From Eledone cirrhosa (Eukaryota), in contig OZ024740.1 of NCBI GenBank assembly GCA_964016885.1, forward strand, positions 306,900,001 through 306,964,000: a DNA stretch of 64,000 nucleotides, in the 5' to 3' direction. Made by a program: the position numbers and the translations under genes. Under the pieces are notes generated by a model that saw nothing but the letters and a program-made list of their open reading frames with translations, was not told the DNA's origin and searched no databases. Below, in pieces: positions 39,930 through 54,883 of the stretch; position 1 is the first letter of the stretch, and each line of letters starts with the position of its first letter.

Positions 39930-41333
39930 ATTATTCTTTTACTCTTCTACCTGTTTCAGCCATTTGGCTGAGGCCATGATGGGGCACCGCCCTTGTTGCT
40001 ACACATTTTATCTCTAGCCTGTATAGGTTGGCTACTGGCATAAGAGGGAGTTTGTTGCTGCTGCCCTTAGGTTTCCCTCATGCCTTGCTGTGGGTTCATC
40101 CGGTATCCTGGATAACAAGGTGTCCAGTTGTTTCTTGAAGACATCCACCTCCACGTCATGCAAATCTCTCAGATCCCTCGGCAGCTTGTTGAAGTGTTGA
40201 GGGCCCTTGAATCCCAGGCTATTGCAATACCTGTTCCTTATTCTAGATGTGGAAGACGGGACCTTTGGCACCACACAGTGACGTCCGCTTCGACGGTTGG
40301 TCCAGCTCCCAATGCCAAAGTTTGGTGCTAGTCCCTCCAGGATTTTCCACATGTAGATCACTGCGTATCTCTCCCGTCTTCATTCCAAGGAGTAGAGGTT
40401 CAGTTCCTTCAGCCTCTCCCAGTAGCTTGTCTCCTTCATCATGGCAATCCTCTTGGTGTAGCTTCGCTGGATTGCCTCAAGCTCCGTGGTTAGTTTGACA
40501 CTATGGGGTGACCACAACTGTGAGCAGTAGTCCAGGCGGCTTAGGACAAATGTCCTCCATAGTGTCAACATGGTGTCTCGGTGTCTTGTCTGGAAAGTCC
40601 TCAAGATCCAGCCAGCAAGTCGTCTGCACATTGTCGCCACTTTCATGATGTGTGAGGAAAAAGATGCATCATCGCTCATGTCTATGCCCAGGTCTCGTAT
40701 TGATTTTGACACGGGGATATCGGTCCCTCCTGGTCCTGTGTAGTTGTGTTGTACTATATTTGTGTTTGCAGGTTTGTTTGGAGGTTTGTATTGTAGGGCT
40801 TGGAATTTGCCAGCATTAAACTGCATATTGTTTTCTTCCGCCCATTGTATATGGCATCCAGATCTTGTTGTAAAAGGGCAGCATCAGTCGGGTTTTTGAT
40901 TGCCTGTGCTACCTTAGTGTCATTAGCATAGCTAGTGAGAGATGTTGTTGTATGTACTACAGAGGGCATGTCTGAGAGGGCCACCAAAAACAGTAGTGGT
41001 CCCAGAACTGTCCCCTGGGGTACCCCACTTGTTATTAGTGTTTCCTTTGAGAGGGCCCTGTTTGCTGCGACTGTCTGGCTTCTGTCCTTTAGGAAGTCAT
41101 GCAGCCACTCACCTTCTTTTCCAGTTATGCCGAGTCCATGTAGTTTGTGACATATTCCGTGGTCGACCTTGTCAAAGGCCTTCGCAAAGTCAAGATATAT
41201 CACGTCCACATGTGAGCTGTCTAGCAGTTGTTTCAGTACCGAGTCGTAGTGATGTAGCAGCTATGTAAGGCAGCTTCTTCCTGGGCAGAAGCCACGTTGC
41301 GTGCTAGTTAGGCAGGCATTTTCCTCGAGGAAA
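39930..41333 (-). mobile_element. CR1-group LINE, 5'-truncated, disabled
   Basis: Motifs [60 protein letters not shown] and YWERLKELNLYSLE, with frameshifts. 3' tail GGTGCCCCATCATGGCC...TGAAACAGGTAGAAGAGTAAAAGAATAA. Confidence 0.9.
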
Positions 41334-41344
41334 TATGTGTATAT

Positions 41345-41455
<111 letters not shown>

Positions 41456-41658
41456 ATGTATATGTATATATGTATATAATGTATATGTATATATGTATAT
41501 ATATAATGTATATGTATATATATATATATATAATGTATATGTATATATATATATATATAATGTATATGTATATATATATATAATGTATATGTATATATAT
41601 ATATAATGTATATGTATATATATATATAATGTATATGTATATATATATATATATAATG

Positions 41659-41747
<89 letters not shown>

Positions 41748-41865
41748 GTATATATATATATGTATATATATATATGTATATATATATATGTATATATATA
41801 TATGTAAATATATATATGTATATGTATATATATGTATATGTATATATATGTATATGTATGTATAT

Positions 41866-41911
<46 letters not shown>

Positions 41912-42259
41912 GTATATATATATATGCATATATATATATGAATATGTATATATGTATATGTATATATATATATGTATATATGTATATGTATATATATATG
42001 TATATATATATATGTATATATATATGTATATATATATATGTATATATATATATGTATATATATATATGTATATATGTATATGTATATATATATATATGTA
42101 TATATATATATGTATATATATATATGTATATATATATATGTATATATATATATATGTATATATATATGTATATGTATATATATATATGTATATATATATA
42201 TATGTATATATATATGTATATGTATATATATGTATATGTATATATGTATATGTATATAT

Positions 42260-42344
<85 letters not shown>

Positions 42345-42365
42345 GGTATATGTATATAGATATAA

Positions 42366-42552
42366 CATCATCATCATCATCATCATCAACGTTTAACGTC
42401 CGTGTTTCACGCTTGCATGGGTTTGGACGGGGGTAGTCCCACTTGAGGCAAGAGTGATTGTCTTGCTCGCATAGGACTGACTGGCAGGTTTTCTACAGTT
42501 GGATGCCCTTCCTAACACCAACCACATTTACAGTGTGGGTTTGGGAGGTTTT
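42366..42552 (-). mobile_element. Young RTE copy 3 (3' UTR only)
   Basis: (TCA)n-ACGTTTAACGTCCGTG...; matches the family 3' end. Confidence 0.95.
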
Positions 42553-42712
42553 TATATATATATGTATACATATATGTATGTATATGTATATATATATGTA
42601 TGTATATATGTATATATATATATGTATGTATATATGTATGTATATGTATATATATATGTATGTATATATATATATACATATATGTATATATATATATATA
42701 TATACATATATG

Positions 42713-42767
<55 letters not shown>

Positions 42768-42863
42768 ATATATATATGTATGTATATATATATATATATG
42801 TATATGTATATATATATACGTATATGTATATATGTATATGTATATATATATATGTATATGTAT

Positions 42864-42895
<32 letters not shown>

Positions 42896-43022
42896 GTATA
42901 TGTATATATATATATGTATATGTATATATATATATGTATATATATATATGTATATGTATATACATATATATGTATATACATATATATATGTATATATATA
43001 TGTATATGTATATATATATATG

Positions 43023-43123
<101 letters not shown>

Positions 43124-43164
43124 GTATATATATATGTATATGTATATATATATATATGTATATA

Positions 43165-43209
<45 letters not shown>

Positions 43210-43227
43210 GTATATATATATATATAT

Positions 43228-43674
<447 letters not shown>

Positions 43675-43687
43675 GTGTGTATATATA

Positions 43688-43746
<59 letters not shown>

Positions 43747-43757
43747 ACACATATATA

Positions 43758-45241
43758 TCGAACAGGTTTGAAGATGTAGTCTACATCTTCAGACCTGTTC
43801 GACGTCTCCATGGGATCGTTTGACAGTGCTGACGTATGTGACTTGGTTGGCCTTTTTATCTTAGACATATTACGTGTTAGATTCCCGGACTTCCACACGG
43901 GAATATACCGCGACGATGGACTGACTTTATCGAGCCATAAAAGTGGTCACGACCTCGACCGGTTTAAAAAAAGATTTAATTTCTACTTTTAATGAGTTAG
44001 GTCTTAGGACAACAGTAGCCACCAACCTCTCTAGCGTAGATTTCTTAGACATTAATTTAGACCTTCGCACACACCACACCCACAGACTCTTCCATAAGCT
44101 AAACGAGAAACTTAATTACATCCACAAGGACTCATGCCACCCTCCCACTGTTTTTAGAAACTTTGTTAAGAATATCAGTACTAGAATCTCAAACCTCTAC
44201 TCTAATAATGCTATCTTTGACAGAGCGGCACCCTATTATAACACGGCGTTGGCTAACAGAGGCTTCTCACAACCTATCACCTACTCTCCCACTAGCAACA
44301 ACACCATTAAGAAAAGTAAGCGCATCAATAGACAAACTCTCTGGTTCTCCCCTCCCTTCTCACTCAACGTCAAAACCAATGTAGGAAAAAAATTTCTAGC
44401 CCTCTTAGATAGACACTTCCCCATAGGTCATAAATACCGCTCCATCTTTAACCGACACAAAGTTAAACTAGGATACACCTGCGCTAAGAACATGAAGGCC
44501 CACATCACCAGCAGCCCTAGGAGCAACACCCCACCAGGGTGCTCTTGCCGTAAGCCTGAAGCTTGCCCCCTTCAACAACAATGCAACACACCAGTTATAA
44601 TCTATGAAGCTGTGGTCACTTCCAAACGACCAAACGAACCACAGGAGCTCAAATCCTATGTGGGCATGGCGGAGGGCCGATTCAAGGAGCATTTCCTGAA
44701 CCACCAGTCTACCTTCAGATACCCGGACAGACGTTCATCCACGAAACTCGCGAGCCACGTATGGTCCCTCAAGGACTCAAGTATAGGGTACTCCATTCAA
44801 TGGAAAGCCATCACTAAGTCCAAGCCATACGCAAGGGGAAATCCGACGTGTGGCTCATATATTGACAAACGAATAACTATCCTAAAGAGATTACGCAATA
44901 GTGATTGCCTAAACACGAGAAGTGAATTTTTCACACTTTGTCCACACATCACCAAACATCTATTGCATAACTACAAGGCTCCGGACTGATTCTTTGTAAT
45001 TTAATTTTAATTTTTTTATTTTATTCTCAACCAAAAAACTTTCCGGACTTTCACAGTTATCTCCCTTACACCCCCCTGCACGCAGTCTAGTATTGACTGT
45101 GTGAAGTGACGGAGTTTCTGCGCATGCGCGTTTGTACGTTGTCATTCCTGTTCCTATAACCATACACATCCCGAGCTGAAGATCCGCGAAGGTGAAACAA
45201 TTGTTCTCTGTATAGTGAACTAACTGTTGTGTAACCACTTC
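43758..45241 (+). mobile_element. Penelope-like element (RT plus GIY-YIG), 5'-truncated; motif pattern resembles Naiad-type PLEs
   Basis: [19 protein letters not shown]...GIYRDDGL (RT), a frameshift near 43965, then VDFLDINLDL, WFSPPFS, CSCRKPEACPLQQQC and IIYEAVV...YVGMAEGRFKEHFLNH (GIY-YIG). Hammerhead in the 3' terminus. Confidence 0.9.
45162..45213 (+). ncRNA. Minimal type I hammerhead ribozyme motif
   Basis: GAG/CTC helix I (extended by ATACA/TGTAT), CTGAAGA, T-CC-GCGAA-GG-T, GAAA, palindromic A-CAATTG-T, triplet GUU. Confidence 0.65.
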
Positions 45242-45279
<38 letters not shown>

Positions 45280-45419
45280 AGTATATACATATATATAACG
45301 TATAATAAACAATACAATATATATATATGTATATATATGTATATATATATGTATATATATATATGTATATATAAAATAAAATAAATAAGTCAAATGTTTA
45401 AAATTTAGCTTCGTTTATT

Positions 45420-45474
45420 ACTGCTATATATATTTCAGTGACAGCCATCTTTGGCTGTGACCTCTTCAGGCAGT
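45420..45474 (-). ncRNA. Type I hammerhead ribozyme motif within a 220-bp non-coding island (45373-45590)
   Basis: The minus strand reads ACTGC CTGAAGA GGTCACAGCCA-AAGA-TGGCTGTCACT GAAA TATATA TA GCAGT. Confidence 0.8.
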
Positions 45475-45766
45475 CCGAATTAGTGTGGTATAGACAAGTA
45501 CAAATGTTGTTGAAATGTATAACCTTGTCAATACTCTGATATGCCCAGTTCCTGGTTGGGTTGTTATTTCACTGAGGAACTGGAATCATATATGTATATA
45601 TATGAATATATATATATGTATATATATATATGTATATATATATGTGTATATATATATATATGTATATATATATGTGTATATATATGTATATATATATATG
45701 TATATATATATATGTATATATATATATGTATATATATATGTGTATATATATGTATATATATATATG

Positions 45767-46858
45767 TAGAAATAGTGGACAGCTTCCGTTACCTGGGTGA
45801 CAAAATCAGCAGTGGGGGAGGGTGCTCTGAAAGTACAGTAGCTAGAGTCAGAACTGGATGGAAAAAGTTCAGAGAGCTTATACCACTATTAGCCACTAGA
45901 GGGTTCTCCTTAAAAATGAAAGGCAGGTTATACGATGCCTGCATACGAACAGCAATGCTGCATGGCAGTGAGACCTGGGCATTGTGTGCAGAGGATATAC
46001 GCAGACTAGAGAGGAACGAAGCTTGCATGCTCCGCTGGATGTGCAATAGTAATATACGTGAACGGCAAAGCATAAACGAACTAAGGAAAAAATTAGAAAT
46101 AAGAGGGATCAGATGTTGTTTACTCGAGAGAAGGCTACGTTGGTACGGTCACGTGATGCGCATGAAAGACGACAGCTGTATAACAGAGTGCAGGGCAATA
46201 AAGATAGACGGTAGCCACGGAGTAGGCAGACCCAGAAAAACATGGGACGAGCTGATAAATTCCGACCTCAAACGCTTACACCTCTCCAAGACAATGTCAC
46301 TGGACCGAGACCTTTGGCGGTACTCAGTAATAGAGAAGACCCGCCTTACCTAAATACAAAGTAAAAACCTACTACAGATAGTAGGCATCTCTATCAAAAC
46401 ACACCCCCGTCCCACCACCTCCACCCCATCCACACCGCCTCTTTCAATGTAAAGTTATGTTGGTCCCACAACATCCAGGCCGAAACAAATGAGATCGTGT
46501 AGGTGTCACGACAAAAAAACACACAGTCCACGCTGTAAATGTGGCCGTGTAGGCAACACGGTAAAAACCTCCCAGCCCCAAACTGTAAATGTGGTTGGTG
46601 TTAGGAAGGGCATCCAGCTGTAGAAAACCCGCCAGACAGTCCACGCTGTAATGTGGCCGTGTAGGCAACACGGTAAAAACCTCCCAGCCCCACACTGTAA
46701 ATGTGGTTGGTGTTAGGAAGGGCATCCAACTGTAGAAAACCCGCCAGACAGTCCTATGCGAGCAAGACAACCACTCTTGCCTCAAGTGGGAAAACCCCCG
46801 TCCAAACCCATGCAAGCGTGGAACACGGACGCTAAACCTGATGATGATGATGATGATG
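45767..46858 (+). mobile_element. Young RTE copy 4, 5'-truncated, with the 112-bp 3' UTR duplication
   Basis: [11 protein letters not shown]...EKTRLT*; CAGTCC recurs at 46524, 46637 and 46749; (TGA)n tail. Confidence 0.97.
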
Positions 46859-46960
46859 TATATATATGTATATATATATATGTATATATATGTATATATA
46901 TATATATGTATATATATATATGTATATATATATATGTATATATATATGTGTATATATATG

Positions 46961-46991
<31 letters not shown>

Positions 46992-47384
46992 GTATATATA
47001 TATGTGTATATATATATATGTATATATATATATGTATATATATATATATGTATATATATATATGTATATATATATATGTATATATATATGTGTATATATA
47101 TATATGTATATATATATGTGTATATATATATGTGTATATATATGTATATATATATGTGTATATATATATATGTGTATATATATATATGTATATATATATG
47201 TGTATATATATGTATATATATATATGTATATATATATATGTGTATATATATGTATATATATATATGTATATATATATATGTGTGTATATATATGTATGTA
47301 TATATATGTATATATATATGTATATATATATGTATGTATATATATGTATATATATATGTATGTATATATATGTATATATATATG

Positions 47385-47463
<79 letters not shown>

Positions 47464-47476
47464 ATATATATGTATG

Positions 47477-47511
<35 letters not shown>

Positions 47512-47538
47512 GTATATATATGTGTATATATATGTATG

Positions 47539-47618
<80 letters not shown>

Positions 47619-47662
47619 TGTATATATATGTGTATATATATGTATGTGTATATATATGTATG

Positions 47663-47715
<53 letters not shown>

Positions 47716-47732
47716 GTGTATATATATGTATG

Positions 47733-47807
<75 letters not shown>

Positions 47808-47826
47808 GTGTATATATATGTATGTG

Positions 47827-47866
<40 letters not shown>

Positions 47867-47938
47867 TGTATATATATGTGTATATATATATGTATATATA
47901 TATATATATATGTATATATATGTGTATATATATGTATG

Positions 47939-47971
<33 letters not shown>

Positions 47972-48038
47972 GTGTATATATATGTATGTATATATATGTG
48001 TATATATATGTATGTATATATATATATATATATGTATG

Positions 48039-48123
<85 letters not shown>

Positions 48124-48132
48124 ATATGTATG

Positions 48133-49256
<1,124 letters not shown>

Positions 49257-49273
<17 letters not shown>

Positions 49274-50201
49274 CAGCTAGCTAAAACACTCATAACCTTC
49301 CAGCTAGCTAAAACATTCATAACCTTCCAGCTAGCTAAAACACTCATAACCTTCCAGCTAGCTAAAACATTCATAACCTTCCAGCTAGCTAAAACACTCA
49401 TAACCTTCCAGCTAGCTAAAACATTCATAACCTTCCAGCTAGCTAAAACATTCATAACCTTCCAGCTAGCTAAAACACTCATAACCTTCCAGCTAGCTAA
49501 AACATTCATAACCTTCCAGCTAGCTAAAACACTCATAACCTTCCAGCTAGCTAAAACATTCATAACCTTCCAGCTAGCTAAAACACTCATAACCTTCCAG
49601 CTAGCTAAAACATTCATAACCTTCCAGCTAGCTAAAACATTCATAACCTTCCAGCTAGCTAAAACATTCATAACCTTCCAGCTAGCTAAAACACTCATAA
49701 CCTTCCAGCTAGCTAAAACATTCATAACCTTCCAGCTAGCTAAAACACTCATAACCTTCCAGCTAGCTAAAACATTCATAACCTTCCAGCTAGCTAAAAC
49801 ATTCATAACCTTCCAGCTAGCTAAAACATTCATAACCTTCCAGCTAGCTAAAACACTCATAACCTTCCAGCTAGCTAAAACATTCATAACCTTCCAGCTA
49901 GCTAAAACACTCATAACCTTCCAGCTAGCTAAAACATTCATAACCTTCCAGCTAGCTAAAACATTCATAACCTTCCAGCTAGCTAAAACATTCATAACCT
50001 TCCAGCTAGCTAAAACACTCATAACCTTCCAGCTAGCTAAAACATTCATAACCTTCCAGCTAGCTAAAACACTCATAACCTTCCAGCTAGCTAAAACATT
50101 CATAACCTTCCAGCTAGCTAAAACACTCATAACCTTCCAGCTAGCTAAAACATTCATAACCTTCCAGCTAGCTAAAACATTCATAACCTTCCAGCTAGCT
50201 A
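49257..50201. repeat. 27-bp minisatellite, 35 units, AAACA(T/C)TCATAACCTTCCAGCTAGCTA
   Basis: Directly visible; only one T/C variant position. Confidence 0.97.
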
Positions 50202-53200
50202 CCCCACACCCCTCCATACTTAATACGTGGACCAATCATAAGCCAGAGCCCCCCCCCCGCATCACCACCATTATTATAAGCCAGAGCCCCCCCCACCCCC
50301 ACGCATCACCATTATTATTATTACGCGGACCAAATCATAAGCCAGAGGCCTATACTATCGCTTGCCCGGTTGCCTTCGATATATGATGGATGGATGGATG
50401 GACGGACGGACTGCGGAATCCTGGAGAGTGGAAGGGAGAGAAAAATCTGGACGCCCAGAGCGAAAATGCCAAAGTTAAAGTCAAATTCACCTCGTGGACG
50501 AGAATGCGAGCACTCCTCTTTGTTTCGTCCGCGGATGGCTAACATAACCCTATCTCCTCCCGCCCCCCACCACCCCCACCCTCCAAACGCAACCCAAAAC
50601 TTCAGAGTTGGTACCATAAATGTAGGCACCCTAAAGGGTCGCGCTAACGAGGTTGTAGAAATGCTTGAACGTAAGGAGGTCGATGTTTGTTGTATTCAAG
50701 AGACCAGGTGGAGGGGTGGGTCTGCTAAATTCATTGAGGGTAAAAAACGATGTTATAAGCTTTTCTGGGTGGGAAACGACGATGGGCTGGGTGGAGTAGG
50801 AATCATGGTAGCAGAAAAGTGGGCAGATAAGATAATAGACGTAAATAGAGTGAACGACAGAATAATTAAAATAAGACTTGTCCTCAATAGAACTACGGTG
50901 ACAGTAATATCTGCGTACGCACCCCAATCCGGACTGCCCGGCACTATAAAAGACAGATTCTATGAGACACTGTTGCTAACTACCTCCCAAATATCTGACA
51001 GTGACTATATAATTATTGCAGGCGACCTAAATGGTCACGTTGGACAACATTGTGACGGCTATGACGAAATCCATGGAGGCTATGGGTTTGGTACTAGAAA
51101 TGAGGAAGGCTCCAGAATTCTGGAATACTGTGATGCAAATAACCTAACTATCTGTAACACTAACTTCAAAAAACGTGACAATCACCTGATTACCTATAGA
51201 TCCGGGGAACACACAAGCCAGGTAGATTATATCCTTACCAGAAGACGTGACAGAGTGTCTGTTGTAAACACTAAATCCCTCCCCCATGAAGAATGCACCT
51301 CCCAACATAGACTGATAATTAGCGACCTCATAGTCAGGACGAGACGCACCCGACAGCAGAAGAGGACTATCCTCAGGAGGAAAATATGGAAACTAAAGGA
51401 CCCCACAGCCAGAAATAAATTTCAAAGCATATTACTTGATGCTTTCGACAGTAAGGAAGAGCATCTAGAATCGGACAATATAGAGGGACAGTGGAAATTT
51501 CTGAAAGCAAACCTGCTGTTGGCGACAGACGAAGTCTGTGGCTGGAGCAGGCCTGTAGGCAGGAGGAGAGTAACATGGTGGTGGAACAATAGGGTGGAGG
51601 GGTCAATTAAGGCCAAAAAGCAGGCTTGGAAAGTATGGCGGGATGGGGGAAGTAGAGTAGACTATCAAGTGGCCAGGAGGGAAGCTAGGAGAGAAGTGTA
51701 CTTAGCAAGAAGGGAAGCTGAGGAAAGAAAGTTCAAGCATGTTCTACAACGCGATGACCAAAAACGTGAGGTGTTCAGGATTGCCAGGCAATGCGTCAAG
51801 GAAAACCGTGATATTGTCGGGGAGAAGTGTGTACTTAACGATGATGGCATACTTGCCATCACCGACACTGATAAGAAGGTAGCTTGGAAGTGTCACTATG
51901 AAAGGCTACTAAATGAGGAGAATAAATGGGAGAAAGACAGTCTCCCCCTTATCGACCCGATAGAGGGACCAGCAGTGTTAGTCGAGGGGAGTATAATAAG
52001 TAAGGCAATCAAGGATATGAAGACTGGTAAGGCGGCTGGGCCTTCGGAAATAGTTGCTGAGATGCTGAAGGCATCTGGCACGGTGGGACACACCATGGTC
52101 ACCCGCATAGTTAACCAAGTCGTACAGAATGGGGTTGTTCCGAAGGACTGGCATAGCAGCATCATCGTTAACTGTTATAAGGGTAAAGGAGACGCCCTAG
52201 ATAGGAGTAACTATAGAGGCATTAAATTAATCGACCAGGTCATGAAGGTCACGGAAAAAGTAATAGCGCAACTAATCAGAGAGAGAATTGATCTAGATGA
52301 AATGCAGTTCGGGTTTGTGTCAGGCAAAAGCACCACAGACGCTCTTTTCATAGTACGACAACTACAGGAGAAGTACCTAGCTAAAGGTAAACCCCTCTAC
52401 TTAGCTTTTGTCGACCTGGAGAAAGCCTTCGACAGAGTCCCCCGCTCCATTATCTGGTGGGCTCTTAGAAAACTAGGCGTTGACGAATGGCTTGTGAGGG
52501 CTATACAAGCCATGTATAAAGAAACAGTCAGCAAGGTTAGAATTAACAACGAATATAGTGAAGAGTTTAGCGTAAAAGTTGGCGTCCATCAGGGCTCTGT
52601 TCTCAGCCCCCTACTATTTATTATTGCCCTTCAGGCTATAACAGAGGAGTTCAAGACAGGCTGCCCATGGGAACTCCTATACGCAGACGACCTGACACTC
52701 ATAGCGGAATCAATGGCCGAGCTAGAGAAGAAATTCCAAACATGGAAGCACGGCCTAGAGTCAAAAGGACTTAAAATTAACCTGGCTAAGACCAAAGTTC
52801 TAGTTTGTAGGAAAGAAAACAAGGCGGCGGTCCCTTCTGGGAAATGGTCGTGCTCGGTATGTAGGAAAGGCGTAGGTAGAAACTCCATCTTATGTCCTAA
52901 ATGCAAAGTATGGGTGCATAAAAGATGTAGTGGGATCACAGGTAAGCTAACTAAGAACATAGACTTTACATGTGGCCGGTGTTCTGGTGCAATAAGTAGC
53001 AGCAAGTGCCCACAAAATACTAGCTCTTTCAATTGCGCAGAGGGTTCTATAGAAATAGTGGACAGCTTCCGTTACCTGGGCGATAAAATCAGCAGTGGGG
53101 GAGGGTGCTCTGAAAGTACTGTAGCTAGAGTCAGAACTGGTTGGAAAAAGTTCAGAGAGCTTATACCACTATTAGCTGCTAAAGGGTTCTCCCTAAAAAT

Positions 53201-54004
53201 GAAAGGCAGGTTGTACGATGCCTGCATACGAACAGCAATGTTGCATGGTAGTGAGACCTGGGCATTGTGTGCAGAGGATATACGCAGACTAGAGAGGAAC
53301 GAAGCTTGCATGCTCCGCTGGATGTGTAACAGTAATATACGTGAACGGCAAAGCATAAACGAACTAAGGAAAAAATTAGAGATAAGAGGGATCAGATGTT
53401 GTTTACTCGAGAGAAGGCTGCGTTGGTATGGACACGTGATGCGCATGAAAGTCGATAGCTGTATTACAAAGTGCAGGGCAATAAAGATAGACGGTAGCCA
53501 CGGAATAGGCAGACCTAGAAAAACATGGGATGAGCTGATAAACTCCGACCTCACACACTTACACCTTTCCAAGACAATGTCACTGGACCGTGACCTTTGG
53601 CGGTACTCAGTAACAGAGAAGACCCGCCTTGCCAGTAGGCATCTCTAACAAAATACACCCCTCCCGCCGCCACCCCCACCCCATCCACACCACCCCGTTC
53701 TATGTAAAGTTATGTTGGTGCCGCGCCATCCAGGCCGAAACAAATGAGATCGTGTAGGTGTCACGACAAAAAAACACACAGTCCACGCTGTAATGTGGCC
53801 GTGTAGGCAACACGGTAAAAACCTCCCAGACCCACACTGTAAATGTGGTTGGTGTTAGGAAGGGCATCCAACTGTAGAAAACCTGCCAGACAGTCCTATG
53901 CGAGCAAGACAATCACTCTTGCCTCAAGTGGGACTACCCCCGTCCAAACCCATGCAAGCGTGGAACACGGACGTTAAACGTTGATGATGATGATGATGAT
54001 GATG

Positions 54005-54005
<1 letters not shown>
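50202..54005 (+). mobile_element. Young RTE copy 5, apparently full length (5' end may extend to 48331)
   Basis: Leader with ATAAGCCAGAG repeats, single intact ORF, about 330-bp 3' UTR and a (TGA)n tail joined to (TA)n. Confidence 0.95.
50370..53648 (+). CDS. RTE retrotransposon polyprotein: APE endonuclease, reverse transcriptase and PHD-type zinc finger
   Basis: Uninterrupted 1092-codon ORF; the likely start is ATG 50466 or 50535. APE motifs: [42 protein letters not shown] motifs: NYRGIKL, QFGF, DLEKAFD, GVHQGSVLSP, YADD (52680-52691), FRYLG. Confidence 0.95.
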   Translation: MPSIYDGWMDGRTDCGILESGRERKIWTPRAKMPKLKSNSPRGRECEHSSLFRPRMANITLSPPAPHHPHPPNATQNFRVGTINVGTLKGRANEVVEMLERKEVDVCCIQETRWRGGSAKFIEGKKRCYKLFWVGNDDGLGGVGIMVAEKWADKIIDVNRVNDRIIKIRLVLNRTTVTVISAYAPQSGLPGTIKDRFYETLLLTTSQISDSDYIIIAGDLNGHVGQHCDGYDEIHGGYGFGTRNEEGSRILEYCDANNLTICNTNFKKRDNHLITYRSGEHTSQVDYILTRRRDRVSVVNTKSLPHEECTSQHRLIISDLIVRTRRTRQQKRTILRRKIWKLKDPTARNKFQSILLDAFDSKEEHLESDNIEGQWKFLKANLLLATDEVCGWSRPVGRRRVTWWWNNRVEGSIKAKKQAWKVWRDGGSRVDYQVARREARREVYLARREAEERKFKHVLQRDDQKREVFRIARQCVKENRDIVGEKCVLNDDGILAITDTDKKVAWKCHYERLLNEENKWEKDSLPLIDPIEGPAVLVEGSIISKAIKDMKTGKAAGPSEIVAEMLKASGTVGHTMVTRIVNQVVQNGVVPKDWHSSIIVNCYKGKGDALDRSNYRGIKLIDQVMKVTEKVIAQLIRERIDLDEMQFGFVSGKSTTDALFIVRQLQEKYLAKGKPLYLAFVDLEKAFDRVPRSIIWWALRKLGVDEWLVRAIQAMYKETVSKVRINNEYSEEFSVKVGVHQGSVLSPLLFIIALQAITEEFKTGCPWELLYADDLTLIAESMAELEKKFQTWKHGLESKGLKINLAKTKVLVCRKENKAAVPSGKWSCSVCRKGVGRNSILCPKCKVWVHKRCSGITGKLTKNIDFTCGRCSGAISSSKCPQNTSSFNCAEGSIEIVDSFRYLGDKISSGGGCSESTVARVRTGWKKFRELIPLLAAKGFSLKMKGRLYDACIRTAMLHGSETWALCAEDIRRLERNEACMLRWMCNSNIRERQSINELRKKLEIRGIRCCLLERRLRWYGHVMRMKVDSCITKCRAIKIDGSHGIGRPRKTWDELINSDLTHLHLSKTMSLDRDLWRYSVTEKTRLASRHL

Positions 54006-54045
<40 letters not shown>

Positions 54046-54095
54046 CATATATATATATACATATACATATATATATACATACATATATATATATA

Positions 54096-54202
54096 CTGTT
54101 GGAGATGCAGGATATGGCAGCGATAATGAGGGACAGAGACCGCTGGAGAGAACTCGTCCATGGATCTCGGGAATTTTACCCGCCTTAGATAGATAGATAG
54201 AT
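54096..54202 (+). mobile_element. 3' tip of another RTE-type LINE with a (TAGA)n tail
   Basis: Reads [21 protein letters not shown] (RTE C-terminal DRxxWR motif), then TAGATAGATAGA. Confidence 0.65.
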
Positions 54203-54211
54203 ATACATATA

Positions 54212-54365
<154 letters not shown>

Positions 54366-54430
54366 CATATATATATATATGTATATATACATATATATAT
54401 ATATACATATATATATATATGTATATATAC

Positions 54431-54543
<113 letters not shown>

Positions 54544-54600
54544 CATATATATATACATATATATATATATACATATATATATACATATATATATATATAC

Positions 54601-54711
<111 letters not shown>

Positions 54712-54752
54712 TATACATATATATATACATATATATATACATATATATATAC

Positions 54753-54823
<71 letters not shown>

Positions 54824-54883
54824 TGTATGTATATGTATATATATATATATGCATATGTATATGTATGTATATATACATACATA

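Noticed and set aside
43758-44989. Selenocysteine recoding as reported for some Naiad-type PLEs
   Set aside because: The cysteine positions read here are ordinary Cys codons, and no in-frame TGA at conserved sites was seen.
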